Origin: an uncultured Spirochaetota bacterium
Lineage (GTDB): Bacteria; Spirochaetota; Spirochaetia; SZUA-6; CAVTHK01
NCBI GenBank assembly: GCA_963734495.1
Contig: CAVTHK010000013.1
Coordinates: forward strand, 256,001-320,000
Reading direction: 5' to 3'
DNA length: 64,000 nt
Below, one piece after another: positions 39,272-49,393 of the stretch. A program made the translations under genes and the position numbers. How positions within the stretch are numbered: position 1 is the first letter of the stretch; each line of letters starts with the position of its first letter. The notes under the pieces are model-generated. The model saw nothing but the letters and a program-made list of their open reading frames with translations, searched no databases and was not told where the DNA came from.

Positions 39272-41083
39272 TTATGCGGAAGTGCGGAAACGCTCGACGT
39301 ACTCCAGGGACTGGTGCCGGAAGTAAGTGTTGTAGAGGTTCGCGTAATGGCCGCCGGCGGCGAGCAGCGCCTGGTGGGTGCCCATCTCGATGATCCGCCC
39401 CTTCTCGAGCACCACGATACGGTGAGCGTGACGGACGGTGGAGAGCCGGTGCGCGATCACGATCGAGGTGCGGCCTCGCATCACGGTCTGCAGCCCTTCC
39501 TGGATCTGCGTCTCGGTGAACGGATCGACGCTGGCGGTCGCCTCGTCGAGGATCAGGATCGCAGGGTCCTTGAGGAAGACGCGCGCGAGGGCCACGAGCT
39601 GGCGCTGCCCCATCGAGAGGCTCGCTCCCCGCGCGCCGACCTGCGTGTCGAGGCCGTTCGCGAGATCCATCAGCCAGTCGCCGAGCGCTATGTGCGTCGC
39701 GGCCGCGACCACGTCCTCGTCGCTGGCGCCCAGGTTCCCGTAGCGGATGTTCTCCCGCACGGTGGCGGAGAACAGGAACGGGTCCTGCGGCACGATGCCG
39801 ATCCAGCGGCGGTAGTCGTCGAGGGAGAGGCTCCGTATGTCCATGCCGTCGACCAGGATCGACCCGCCCTGGAACTCGTAGAAGCGTGCGATCAGCTTCG
39901 CGATGCTGCTCTTGCCCGCGCCGGTGTGGCCCACCAGGGCTACGGTCTCGCCCGGGGCGACGGAGAGATCGAAGCCGTCGAAGACGCGCTCCTTGTCGCT
40001 GTACGCGAACACCAGGTCGTGGAACTCGATGCGGCCGTCGAGCCGTGCGACGCCAAGCGACCCGGTCTGGCGCACGCGCGGCTCGGCGTCGATCAGCGCG
40101 AATACGCGCTCCGCGGCCGAGAGGCCGTCCTGGAACTGGCTCCAGAAGCTCGCCACGCTGATGAGAGGCCACCAGAAGAAGCCAACCCCCTGCATGAACA
40201 GGTACCAGTCGGCGGGGCTCAGGGCCCCCGCCTTTGCGGAAAGCCCGCCCGCGTACACGAGCACCGCGATGCCGACGCCGGAGGCGGCGCTGAGCACGGG
40301 GAAGATGGTGTTGATCACCAGGCCTCGCCTGAGGCCGACCCGGTAGGCGAGGCGGTTGTTCCTGAGGAAGCGGCGGAAAAGGACCGGTTCCTGCCGGAAG
40401 CTCTTTGCGACGACGATGCCCGCGATGGATTCCTGGATCTCGCTGTTGATCACCGCGGTGACCCTCTTGGCATCGAGGCTCACGTGGCGGGCGATTCTGC
40501 GGAAGGCGAGCGAGATCCCGATGGCAACCGGCGCCATGGCGAGGAGCAGCAGGGTGAGCCGCGCGTCGACGACAAAGAGCCAGGCTCCGAGAAAGACCAC
40601 GAGCAGAACCTGGCTGCCCAGCTCGAGCACGAGCGTCACCACGCTGGAAAAATCCTGCGTGTCCGACGTGACCCGGCTCACGATCTTCCCCGACGAATGC
40701 TCGTCGAAAAAGGAGAGGTCGTGGCCGAGGGTCGCCCGGAAAGCGTCCTCGCGCAGCCTGAGCACCACGTCGCCGACCACCCGCGCCGTGACGGACTCGC
40801 GCACGTAGTTGACCAGCCACCCGAAGACGCCGAGCAGCAGCACGCCCGCGGAGAGCAGGATCATCGCCTCCAGCGTCGCCCTCCGGGAGAGCAGGTCGAG
40901 CGCGCGGGCGATGAGAATGGGCCCGCCGCTCCCGGCGGCCGAGCTCAGGGTGAGCATCACCGCGGCGACCATCGTCTCGCGCCGGCTCGGTCGGAAGTAG
41001 CCCAGGATGCGACGGAGCAGCGTGCTGTCGGTGTAGGTGCGGTCGTAGGTCTCGGATTCGAGCCCGTCGAGGATGAACGGCAT
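39272..41083 (-). CDS. ABC exporter, fused TMD-NBD
   Basis: GHTGAGKS, LSMGQRQ, LDEATAS, IAHRL. Confidence 0.93.
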   Translation of the reverse strand: MPFILDGLESETYDRTYTDSTLLRRILGYFRPSRRETMVAAVMLTLSSAAGSGGPILIARALDLLSRRATLEAMILLSAGVLLLGVFGWLVNYVRESVTARVVGDVVLRLREDAFRATLGHDLSFFDEHSSGKIVSRVTSDTQDFSSVVTLVLELGSQVLLVVFLGAWLFVVDARLTLLLLAMAPVAIGISLAFRRIARHVSLDAKRVTAVINSEIQESIAGIVVAKSFRQEPVLFRRFLRNNRLAYRVGLRRGLVINTIFPVLSAASGVGIAVLVYAGGLSAKAGALSPADWYLFMQGVGFFWWPLISVASFWSQFQDGLSAAERVFALIDAEPRVRQTGSLGVARLDGRIEFHDLVFAYSDKERVFDGFDLSVAPGETVALVGHTGAGKSSIAKLIARFYEFQGGSILVDGMDIRSLSLDDYRRWIGIVPQDPFLFSATVRENIRYGNLGASDEDVVAAATHIALGDWLMDLANGLDTQVGARGASLSMGQRQLVALARVFLKDPAILILDEATASVDPFTETQIQEGLQTVMRGRTSIVIAHRLSTVRHAHRIVVLEKGRIIEMGTHQALLAAGGHYANLYNTYFRHQSLEYVERFRTSA

Positions 41084-41086
41084 CCC

Positions 41087-42901
41087 TTACCCCCTGGTCG
41101 CGGGCGACCCGGTCCGCAGCCCGGACGAGCGGGGCTCGGGGGCCAGCCCCTCGTACCGCGAAAAGATGCGGCGGTAGTCCGGCGAGCGCTCGAGCAGCTC
41201 CTCGTGCGTTCCCGCCGCCGCGAGATCGCCGTTGGCGAGCACGAGGATCTTGTCCGCCCACCTGATCTGGCTCAGCCGGTGCGTGATGACAAAGGTCGTG
41301 CGCTCGCGGCTGATCTCGCGCATGGCGCGCTGGATCTGGTCCTCGGTCGCGCTGTCGATCGCGCTCGTGCTGTCGTCGAGGATGAGGATCCGCGGGTCCG
41401 TCAGGAAGGCCCGCGCGATGGCGATGCGCTGCTTCTGGCCGCCGGAGAGCGTGACGCCGCGGTCGCCGACCAGCGTCTCGTAGCCCTCGCGGAAGCCCGT
41501 GATGAACTCGTGCGCCTGCGCCTGGCGCGCGGCCCGCTCGATGGCCTCGCGATTCGCCTCGGTATGCCCGAACGCGATGTTCTCGCGGATCGTCTGCGAG
41601 AACAGGAACACGTCCTGTTCGATGGCCGATATCTGGGAGCGCAGCGCCTCCAGGTTCCAGTCCCTGACGTCGACGCCGTCGACGAGCACGCGGCCTGAGC
41701 CGACGTCGAAGATCCGGTTGACCAGCCGCGTCATCGTCGTCTTGCCGCTGCCGGTCCGGCCCACGATGGCCACGGTCTCCCCGGGCTGCACGGCAAAGGT
41801 GATCCCTCGCAGCACGGTCTTCCCGTCGTAGGCGAAGCCGACGTCCTCGAAGCGCACCTCGCCGCGCATGGGCGCGGAGTAGCCCCCGCGGTTCTCGTCG
41901 AGGTGCGTCTCGGTGTTGATCGTCTCGAGGACCCGCGCGGCGCCGGCCATCCCCATCTGGACGAGCTGGAAGGAGAACAGCGAGATGAAGGTCGTGAAAC
42001 GCAGGGTGCCGAAGAGGCCCATGAAGGCGACGACGCGGCCGAGGGTCAGGTCGCCGGCGCGCCAGAGCCAAAGGGCGTGAAAGAGAGCCGCGCCCCAGCA
42101 GACCGCGAACGCGAGCATGGGGTAGTAGCGCGCCTCGATGAAACCCTGGCGGACGAAGTGATCGCGGAACGCGCGGGCGTTTCCCACGAACTTGTCGAAC
42201 TCGTAGCGCTCCCGCACGCTCCCCTTGACCACCTCGATGCCGGAGACGGTCTCCTCGAGCCCCGCGCTGAGGTCGCCGTAGGTCGCGCGCTGGGCGAAGG
42301 TCACGGGCTTCAGCCTGCGGTTGTAGTCCCACACGGTGACGATCAGCGCCAGCGTAAAGATGACCGGCACCAGGAGCAGGCGCGGATCGATAAAGCCGAT
42401 CATCGCGACGGGAACCACCAGCGCCAGCGCGCTGTCGCTGATGAGCATGAGCCCGGGGCTGACCATCGCGTTCAACGAACGGACGTCGCCGGTGGCGCGC
42501 GCCATGATGTCGCCCACCCGCTGGCGGCCGTGGAACGTCTGGCTCTTCCCGAGGAGGCTCGCGTACAGCTCCTCGCGCGCGTTGGCCTCGATCCTCTGCG
42601 CGAGGATCTCGACCGCGAAGTTGCGCACCAGCCCCGTCAGGCCCTGCAGGCCGGCCGCCCCCGCCAGCGCGAACGCCACCGCTATCAGCGCGGCCGGAAC
42701 CCATCCGGCCGCGGCCACGATGTCGAAAGCTTTCCCTACATTGACCTGGATCCGGCCGTACGCCCAGTTGTTGACCACGGAAGCGGCCAGAACGAGAAGC
42801 GGCAGCGCGGGATAGCGCATCAGGTGCGAGACGACCCATGCCACGGGGCTCGATCGACGGTAGCGGTAGGCGTCGTCGACCCTGAACTCAGCAGACTTCA
42901 T
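41087..42901 (-). CDS. ABC exporter, fused TMD-NBD (degenerate-site partner)
   Basis: GRTGSGKT, LSGGQKQR, LDDSTSA. Confidence 0.93.
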   Translation of the reverse strand: MKSAEFRVDDAYRYRRSSPVAWVVSHLMRYPALPLLVLAASVVNNWAYGRIQVNVGKAFDIVAAAGWVPAALIAVAFALAGAAGLQGLTGLVRNFAVEILAQRIEANAREELYASLLGKSQTFHGRQRVGDIMARATGDVRSLNAMVSPGLMLISDSALALVVPVAMIGFIDPRLLLVPVIFTLALIVTVWDYNRRLKPVTFAQRATYGDLSAGLEETVSGIEVVKGSVRERYEFDKFVGNARAFRDHFVRQGFIEARYYPMLAFAVCWGAALFHALWLWRAGDLTLGRVVAFMGLFGTLRFTTFISLFSFQLVQMGMAGAARVLETINTETHLDENRGGYSAPMRGEVRFEDVGFAYDGKTVLRGITFAVQPGETVAIVGRTGSGKTTMTRLVNRIFDVGSGRVLVDGVDVRDWNLEALRSQISAIEQDVFLFSQTIRENIAFGHTEANREAIERAARQAQAHEFITGFREGYETLVGDRGVTLSGGQKQRIAIARAFLTDPRILILDDSTSAIDSATEDQIQRAMREISRERTTFVITHRLSQIRWADKILVLANGDLAAAGTHEELLERSPDYRRIFSRYEGLAPEPRSSGLRTGSPATRG

Positions 42902-42981
42902 GCGACCACCGTCCGGTGAACATACTCAACGGGTCTACGGGTGGCAAACCGGACGTTCGGGGAGGAGCGCCGCGCGCCGCG

Positions 42982-44987
42982 TCAGCTGCTGCGGCTCCTG
43001 ACCGCGGCCGCGATGATCTCGCTGAAGCGGCGGAGATCGAGCGGTTTCTCGAGCGCGGCAAAGGATCCTTCGCGCTCCAGGTCGCGGAAGCTGTCGTCCG
43101 CAGTGAAGCCGCTGACGCACACGACCTTGGCCTGCGGGTCGATCTCCCGCAGCGCCGCGAGGCATTTGCGGCCGCCCATCCTCGGCATCACCATGTCGAG
43201 AACGACGGCGACGATCTCCGGGTGACGCTCTCGGAACGCCTCGATGGCCTCGAGCCCGTTGGCGGCGGTCACCGTGCGGTAGCCGCACCGGCCGAGGAAG
43301 CGCGTGATCATGGAGAGGACCTGGGGCTCGTCGTCGACGACCAGGACCGTGCCGGAGCCGCGCACGAAGCCGTCCGGCTGCTCGCCGGCCTCTTCCGCGG
43401 CCGCCTGCTCCAGCGCGGGAAAATACAGCTCGAACGTGGCGCCCTGCCCGGGCGCGCTGGTGACCTCGAGGAACCCGTCGTGGTGGCGCACGATCCCGTA
43501 CACGAGCGCGAGCCCGAGGCCCGTGCCGCCCGAGTTCTCCTTTGTCGTGAAGAACGGCTCGAAGATCCGGTCGCGGACCTCGTTCGTCATGCCGATCCCG
43601 TTGTCGGCGACGCGCAGGCAGACGTAGTGGCCGGCCTGGGCGTTGACGAAGCGCGACGCCTCGGCGCGCGACAAGGTCACCCGCCGCGTCGCGATGGCGA
43701 TCACGCCGCCCTCTTCGCCGCGCGCCAGGATGGCGTCACGCGCGTTCAGGCACAGGTTGACGAGCAGCTGGCTCACCTGTGACGCGTCCGCCGCGATGGA
43801 CCAGAGGTCCTCCTGCAGGTCCTGGCGGATGATGATCTCGCGCGGGAAGGTCCTGAGGAGCATCCGTTCCGTCTCGTGCACGACGCCGTTCAGGTTCAGC
43901 GGCACGCGCCGGGCGCTCACCTGCCTGCTGAAAAAGCGGAGCTGATCCGTCAGGTCCTTGGCCCGATCGGTCGCCGCCTTGATCTGGCGGAAGTCCTCGT
44001 AGTGCTCGCTGTCTTCGGGCACGTCGAGCAGCAGCAGCTGCGCGTAGCCGCCGATCGCGGCGAGAAGGTTGTTGAAGTCGTGGACGATCCCGCCCGCGAG
44101 CTGCCCGAGCGCATCCATCTTCTGGGCCTGGCGGATCTGGGTCTCCATCCGCTTGCGCTCGGTGACGTCCGCGAACGAGGCCATCAGGCCGACCGGCCTT
44201 CCCCTGTCGTCGAGGATCAGGGACGAGACCGCCTCCGCGTCGAACTCGTCGCCGCTCCTGCGGCGGACCACCAGCTCGCCCTGAAAGAGCCGCGCGGCGG
44301 GGTCCCTCAGGTCGAGGTTGCGGTACTGCCCCACGAGATCGCCGATGACCGTGCCGACCACCTCGCCGGCGCGGGTGAATCCCCAGAGCGCCACGAATGC
44401 AGGGTTGGCGTACGTGACCCTCCCGTCCATGTCCGTGAGCAGGATCCCGTGGAGGGAGGTGTCGATGGCATGGTTCTTGATCAGGAGCTCACGGCTCTGC
44501 TGCGTGAGCGCGGCCGAGAGGGCGCGGCGGATCTCCTCCTGGTTCTGCAGCGTGCGCTCGAGGAGCTCGTCGACGTAGCCGGCGAACGCCTCGTGGAAAT
44601 AGCCGTCGACCACGTCGAGGATGCGCGAGGCAGCCACCCCGGCGGCTTCGAGCACCAGCGCCCGCAGCGCGGCGCCCGTCGCCTGCAGCGGGCGCACGCC
44701 GACGCCTTCGCGTGCCAGCGCCCGGCCGCTCTCTCTGGCCGCGGCGGCGTCGAAGTCCGTCAGGTACTTCAGCAGCGCCGTGACCGCCGCGTCCGCGATC
44801 GGCTCGAAGCGGCGCGGATGCAGCTGGTAGCGGTTCTCGAAGGCCAGCTCGCGCAGCAGGCGCGTCACGGATTCGCGCAGGCGCGGCTCGAGGCTCGGCC
44901 GCGCGGCGGCGAGCCGCCGCAGCTGCAGCCACTCTTCGTCGGTAAGCCCGCCGGAAAGGTGCGGAGTTTCGCTCGTAGCTGCCGCTC
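42982..44987 (-). CDS. Hybrid histidine kinase (helical N-terminal domain, PAS, HisKA, HATPase, REC); start uncertain
   Basis: HDFNNLL, NLCLNARDA, FEPFFTTK, GTGLGL, VVDDE, LDMVMP. Confidence 0.9.
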
Positions 44988-45788
44988 CTACTTCCGCAGG
45001 ATCACGCCGTAGAAACCGCGCCCGCCCCACTCCCGCGTCTGAAGCGCCTGAACCCGGGGGTCCATCCCGAGCCACGTCTCCAGGGGCAGCACGCCCGGGG
45101 CGACTGTCTTCCACGGAGCTGCCAGACGGAGCAGCGTCTCGCTCGTGCGGATGGTGATCGGCTGCCCGATCTTCTCGTAGATGGCGAACAGCGGTTTGAG
45201 CTTTTCGTTGGGCGTTGCGGCGTCTGCGTCGCTGAGAAAGAGCACCGACCCGGGTGCGACCCAGTCGTAGAGGACGCGGAGGGCGTGGCCGAGTTGCTCG
45301 TCGGAGAGGAAATAGGCGATGCCGTTGAGCCCCACGGCCAGGCGGCGCTCGTTGCCGAACAGCTCCGCCGCCGCGTCGGACTTCAGGATGACCTCGGGGG
45401 TCGCGGCGTCGCACTGAACGTAGCGGGCGTTCGGGTTGCCGCTGAGGATCGCCCTGGCGTACTCGACCGTCACCGGATCGATGTCGGAATAGAGCACCCG
45501 GGTGCCCGGGGGCGTCACTTCGTGGATATGGTCCAGCGTCGGCAGGCCCGAGGCAAAATCGAGGAACCGGGTGTGGCCTTCGGCCGCGAGCCTCCGGGTC
45601 GCCTCGCCGAGGAACCACCGGATGAGCTTGAGCACCTGCGGGAGGAACGGTGCCACCTGCACGATCTGCGTGGTCGCCTGGCGATCGATCTCGAAGTTGT
45701 GCGTGCCGCCGAGCAGGTAATCGTAGATCCGACCCGCGTTCGGACGACTGGAGTCGGCGATCGTCGTGAGATCGACGTTTTTTCCCAC
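44988..45788 (-). CDS. SAM-dependent methyltransferase (Methyltransf_19-like)
   Basis: RPNAGRIYDYLLGGTHNFEIDR, FLDFASGLPT, YSDIDPV. Confidence 0.88.
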   Translation of the reverse strand: MGKNVDLTTIADSSRPNAGRIYDYLLGGTHNFEIDRQATTQIVQVAPFLPQVLKLIRWFLGEATRRLAAEGHTRFLDFASGLPTLDHIHEVTPPGTRVLYSDIDPVTVEYARAILSGNPNARYVQCDAATPEVILKSDAAAELFGNERRLAVGLNGIAYFLSDEQLGHALRVLYDWVAPGSVLFLSDADAATPNEKLKPLFAIYEKIGQPITIRTSETLLRLAAPWKTVAPGVLPLETWLGMDPRVQALQTREWGGRGFYGVILRK

Positions 45789-46119
45789 GGAAGCCCTCCC
45801 CGCACACGAATGCCCGCGTTTTTCTGCGCGGGCAGGGTGATGGGCATTATATTCCCTCGGAGCGCTGTAAACAACGGGAGGACGCGACGCCTCGCGACAG
45901 CGCGACGCAGCGCCCGGACCCTGTTGCGGCCCGCGCGCGGCAGCCTGGGCGAACGTTGTAGACCGGCGCTTATGTCCCGCGGGTACCCGGCGGGTACCCG
46001 GCGATCACGCCGGGCCAAAGCGCGCCGGACCAGCCCGTGGCCTGCGGCCACGGGCAAGGGCGCCTGGCTGTGCCGGTCAACCCAACCCCGGTTCGCGGGC
46101 TCGGGTTCGCGGGCTCGGG

Positions 46120-46148
46120 TTGACCAAGAGTCGGGGTTCGACTACGGT
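46120..46148 (+). promoter_or_regulatory. Sigma70-like promoter
   Basis: TTGACC-17 nt-TACGGT upstream of the 84-aa gene. Confidence 0.5.
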
Positions 46149-46180
46149 AGGCACCTATACTGCAGCAATCAGAGGTCGAC

Positions 46181-46435
46181 ATGTCGAAAGCGCATCGAGG
46201 AAAGGGCATACTCGACAAGCCCAAGCGCGGCCGCGGCGCGTGTCCGGTCAGCAAGCAGACTGGCGTCAAGCTCCTCTACCAGGTAGAGCTCGACGGGAAA
46301 CAGGTGATGGTTTCCAAAGTGGGCAAGGCGATACTGGCCAAGGCGAAAAAGAGCGCCGCCGCCGCCCCCGCCGCCCCCAAGGAAGAAAAGCCCGCCGAAG
46401 CACAGGCAAGCACAGCAGGCGCCAGCGCGACGTAG
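46181..46435 (+). CDS. Small basic hypothetical protein
   Basis: AGAGG RBS, Lys/Arg-rich MSKAHRGKG...GRGACPVS; composition unlike shadow ORFs. Confidence 0.75.
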   Translation: MSKAHRGKGILDKPKRGRGACPVSKQTGVKLLYQVELDGKQVMVSKVGKAILAKAKKSAAAAPAAPKEEKPAEAQASTAGASAT

Positions 46436-46474
46436 GTCCTGAGGCGAGCCCGTCGAGCCGTCGCAACCGCGGCA

Positions 46475-47911
46475 TCAGGCGTCTTCGCCGAGACGCGGAA
46501 ACAGGCCCCTCAGCGCGAGGTACGCTTCGCGGTACAGGCCGTAGAGGTCGTCATAGACCCCTCGCGATGCTCGATCGGGATCGAAGCGGCGCTCGATGCG
46601 CACGCACGCCCGCGCCGCTTCGACCGGGTCGCTGTGCACGCCGAGGGCGGCCAGTCCCACGCACGCGTCGCCCATGAGCTCCGACTCCGGGACCTCCGGG
46701 ACCAGCAGCGACCGGCCGGTGATGTCGGCCTTGATCTGGTTCAGCGTGCCCGCCCGCGCTTGCGTGCCGGCGACGCGCATCTCGCCCACGTCGAGCGCGT
46801 GCTCCTCCATGACCTCCAGCACATCCCTGATCGCGAAGCCGATCGATTCGAGCACGGAGCGCGCCAGGTCGCCCCAGCCGTGGGCGAGCGTCAGACCGAC
46901 AAAGGCCCCCTTGGCGAGCGGGTCCCAGTGCGGCGTGCGCTCGCCCGCGAGGTACGGCAGGAAGAGCAGGCGACGTGCGCCCGCCGGCGCCCCGGCTGCC
47001 GCGGCGAATAGCTCTTCGTAGCCTCCGGCAGCGCGGCCGGAAGCGCCGCGCAGCCAGTCGATCGCCTTTCCGCTCGTGGAGATGAGTCCCGACACGTTCG
47101 TGCGGCGGGGCACGATATGCGGCAGGCAGAGCAGCCGCGGGTCCGCCACCGCTGCCGTCGAGCAGCGGTTGACGCCTTCCGAGCTGCCCGCCCTGTCGTT
47201 CGTGCTCCCGACGTCGACCGTCGCGGTGCCGAGCAGGGATACGATAAAGTCCGGCCCGCCGGCGACCACGGGCAGTCCCGCCGGCAGGTCCAGCTCGGCC
47301 GCCGCTGCCGGCCGCAGGCGGCCGACGCGCTGCCCCGTCGTGATCGACGGCGGCAGCAGCTGCGGGTCTATCCCCAGGGCCTGCGCCGCCTGCGTGGTCC
47401 AGTAGTAGCGCTCGTACTCAGGTGTGGGCAGAATCGCGCACCGCTCGCCTGTGAGCCAGGCAGCCACGAACTCGGGGCACCCCAAGAAGCTCGCGACGCG
47501 GCCCATGACCTCGGGCTTGTGCGCGTTGAACCACAGCACCTTGGACAGGAAGAAGGAAGTGTCCACGCCGGCAACCGTTTCCGCGCCGCCGGCTGCGGCG
47601 CGCGCCTCCTCCCGCCCGCGGCTGTCCATCCACAGCAGGGCGCGGTGAAGCGGCTCGCCCTCGGCATCGACGGGGACAACGGTGGGGCCGTTTCCGCTCA
47701 CCACGATCGCGGAGGCTCGGCTGCGCGGCCCGCTCCCGAGCCTCGCGACCGCGTCCCGCAGCGCGCGCAGCCAGACGCGCGCGTCCACCTCGTAGCCGCC
47801 GGCGACGCGCGAGAGAGGAGTCTCCGCCTGCGCGATCCCCGTCAGGGAGGCGCGCTCGTCGAAGAGCCCCGCTTTGAGCGTCGACGTGCCCACGTCCAAG
47901 GCAAGCACCAA
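46475..47911 (-). CDS. FGGY-family carbohydrate kinase
   Basis: LDVGTSTLK, WMDSRG, GGPD, LPYLAGERTP. Confidence 0.9.
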   Translation of the reverse strand: MVLALDVGTSTLKAGLFDERASLTGIAQAETPLSRVAGGYEVDARVWLRALRDAVARLGSGPRSRASAIVVSGNGPTVVPVDAEGEPLHRALLWMDSRGREEARAAAGGAETVAGVDTSFFLSKVLWFNAHKPEVMGRVASFLGCPEFVAAWLTGERCAILPTPEYERYYWTTQAAQALGIDPQLLPPSITTGQRVGRLRPAAAAELDLPAGLPVVAGGPDFIVSLLGTATVDVGSTNDRAGSSEGVNRCSTAAVADPRLLCLPHIVPRRTNVSGLISTSGKAIDWLRGASGRAAGGYEELFAAAAGAPAGARRLLFLPYLAGERTPHWDPLAKGAFVGLTLAHGWGDLARSVLESIGFAIRDVLEVMEEHALDVGEMRVAGTQARAGTLNQIKADITGRSLLVPEVPESELMGDACVGLAALGVHSDPVEAARACVRIERRFDPDRASRGVYDDLYGLYREAYLALRGLFPRLGEDA

Positions 47912-48053
47912 TCAGGCAACCCTCGCGGGACGAACGTAGTCGGCTCGCGCCCCCGAGTCAACTTGGCGCCGGCCGGCGCCGGCCGGCGCTCCATGGCAGC
48001 CATATGGTGCGGACGCGGCCGTTGAGTTATGCTCAGCGTCAGGGAGGGGAGCC

Positions 48054-49088
48054 GTGCCTGAGCGCCCGTTCGGTGACGTCTACCAGGGATTTCTCGGCGA
48101 TCCGAGCCTGGTCCTGCTCGTGCTCTTCGGCATTCTCGCTCTGGTCGTCGGCGCGCTGGTGGTCGCCGTCGTCCAGAACCGCCGCATGCGCCAGGCCCTC
48201 GAGCTGCAGTCCTCGCAGGCAAAGGAGCGCGCTCTGGCAAAGCTCAAGCTCTCGGACGAAGAGCGCGCCCTCCTCGACAGGCTCGTGCGGATGGTCAACG
48301 ACCCCCCCGTCCGCGGGCACCTCGTGCTCACCAACCCGAACACTTTTAACCACTGCGCCGCGCGGTTGATCGCGGCGCGCGGAGCGGGCGAAGGCGAGCT
48401 GGCGGCGCTGAGGGTTCGCCTGGGGATCGCCCGCGGCAGCACGGAAAAGACGGTCACCTCGACCGCGATCCTCCCGGCCGGGCTGCGGCTGCTGGTCTCT
48501 CAGCGGGAGACCAAGAAGTTCTATGCGATCGTGCGCGAGTCCGCGCCCGGCGGCCTGATCGTGAGCATCGAGGACGCGGACGTGATCGCGCCCGGCCCCG
48601 GGACCGAGCTGCGCTGCTTTTTCAACGTCAAGAGCGGGACCTTTCAGTTCACCACGATCGTGAGGGGGGTCGACGGCCAGACGCTGCGGATCGCGCATTC
48701 GGAGAAGATCCTTCGCACTCAGCGCCGCAAGTACTACCGGGCGCGGACCAGCCTGCCGGCCCGGGTCGGCGTTGCCGGGTCCCAGGAGCAGCCGGTGGTG
48801 ACGCGGCTGGTCGACCTGAGCGGAGGCGGGGCGAGCCTCGAGAACTCCGGCATGCGCTTCAATTCGGGCGACGATGTGCAGATCCGGTTCGCGACGTTCG
48901 ACGGCATCGAGTTCCAGCTCGTCGCTGAAGTCAGGCGCCTCTCTCACGGAGGCCGAGTACTGCACGTGCTCTTCGGCCCGATGAGCGACACGGCGAGGGA
49001 CCGCCTGATCGCCTTCGTGCTGAGCCTCCGCAAGCGGGGCCTGGCGCCGCATTTCCTCCCTGCGGATCCCGGCCCCGGACGGGCCTGA
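48054..49088 (+). CDS. Membrane-anchored PilZ-domain (YcgR-like) c-di-GMP receptor
   Basis: N-terminal TM helix, QRRKYYR and DLSGGG motifs. Confidence 0.85.
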   Translation: MPERPFGDVYQGFLGDPSLVLLVLFGILALVVGALVVAVVQNRRMRQALELQSSQAKERALAKLKLSDEERALLDRLVRMVNDPPVRGHLVLTNPNTFNHCAARLIAARGAGEGELAALRVRLGIARGSTEKTVTSTAILPAGLRLLVSQRETKKFYAIVRESAPGGLIVSIEDADVIAPGPGTELRCFFNVKSGTFQFTTIVRGVDGQTLRIAHSEKILRTQRRKYYRARTSLPARVGVAGSQEQPVVTRLVDLSGGGASLENSGMRFNSGDDVQIRFATFDGIEFQLVAEVRRLSHGGRVLHVLFGPMSDTARDRLIAFVLSLRKRGLAPHFLPADPGPGRA

Positions 49089-49202
49089 CGCGGATCGCGG
49101 CCGAGCGGACGGGCGGCTGCGCCTGAGGCCGGCGGCCACGCCGCGGCCGCCGCCTTGACAAATCGTGCATGCATTTGCGATAAACAATCACCGGCAGAGG
49201 CC

Positions 49203-49316
49203 GGGCCTTCGGGGCAAGGTGCGATTCCTGACCGGCGGTAAAGCCCGCGAGCCGTCCAAAGCGGCTGATCCGGTGCGACTCCGGAGCCGACAGTACAGTC
49301 TGGATGGAAGAAGGCG
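49203..49316 (+). ncRNA. FMN riboswitch (RFN element)
   Basis: cttcggggcaaggtgcgattcctgaccggcggtaaagcccgcga...gatccggtgcgactccggagccgacagtacagtctggatggaagaag matches the RFN consensus. Confidence 0.95.
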
Positions 49317-49393
49317 TTCGACTGTCTCACCGCGCGTGACCCGCGCGCCTTTTTCCTCACCCCCGGAGGACGAGAGTCTGCAAGGGGTGTGGT

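Noticed and set aside
3787-42839. Very long Arg/Ala/Pro-rich ORFs (e.g. 3787-6237, 25756-29703, 38130-42839, 38369-41698)
   Set aside because: Antisense or off-frame shadows of real genes, as expected in very GC-rich DNA; no recognisable motifs.
46128-46150. ggggttcgact resembling a tRNA T-loop
   Set aside because: No acceptor stem, D-arm or anticodon arm could be built; it lies in a promoter spacer.
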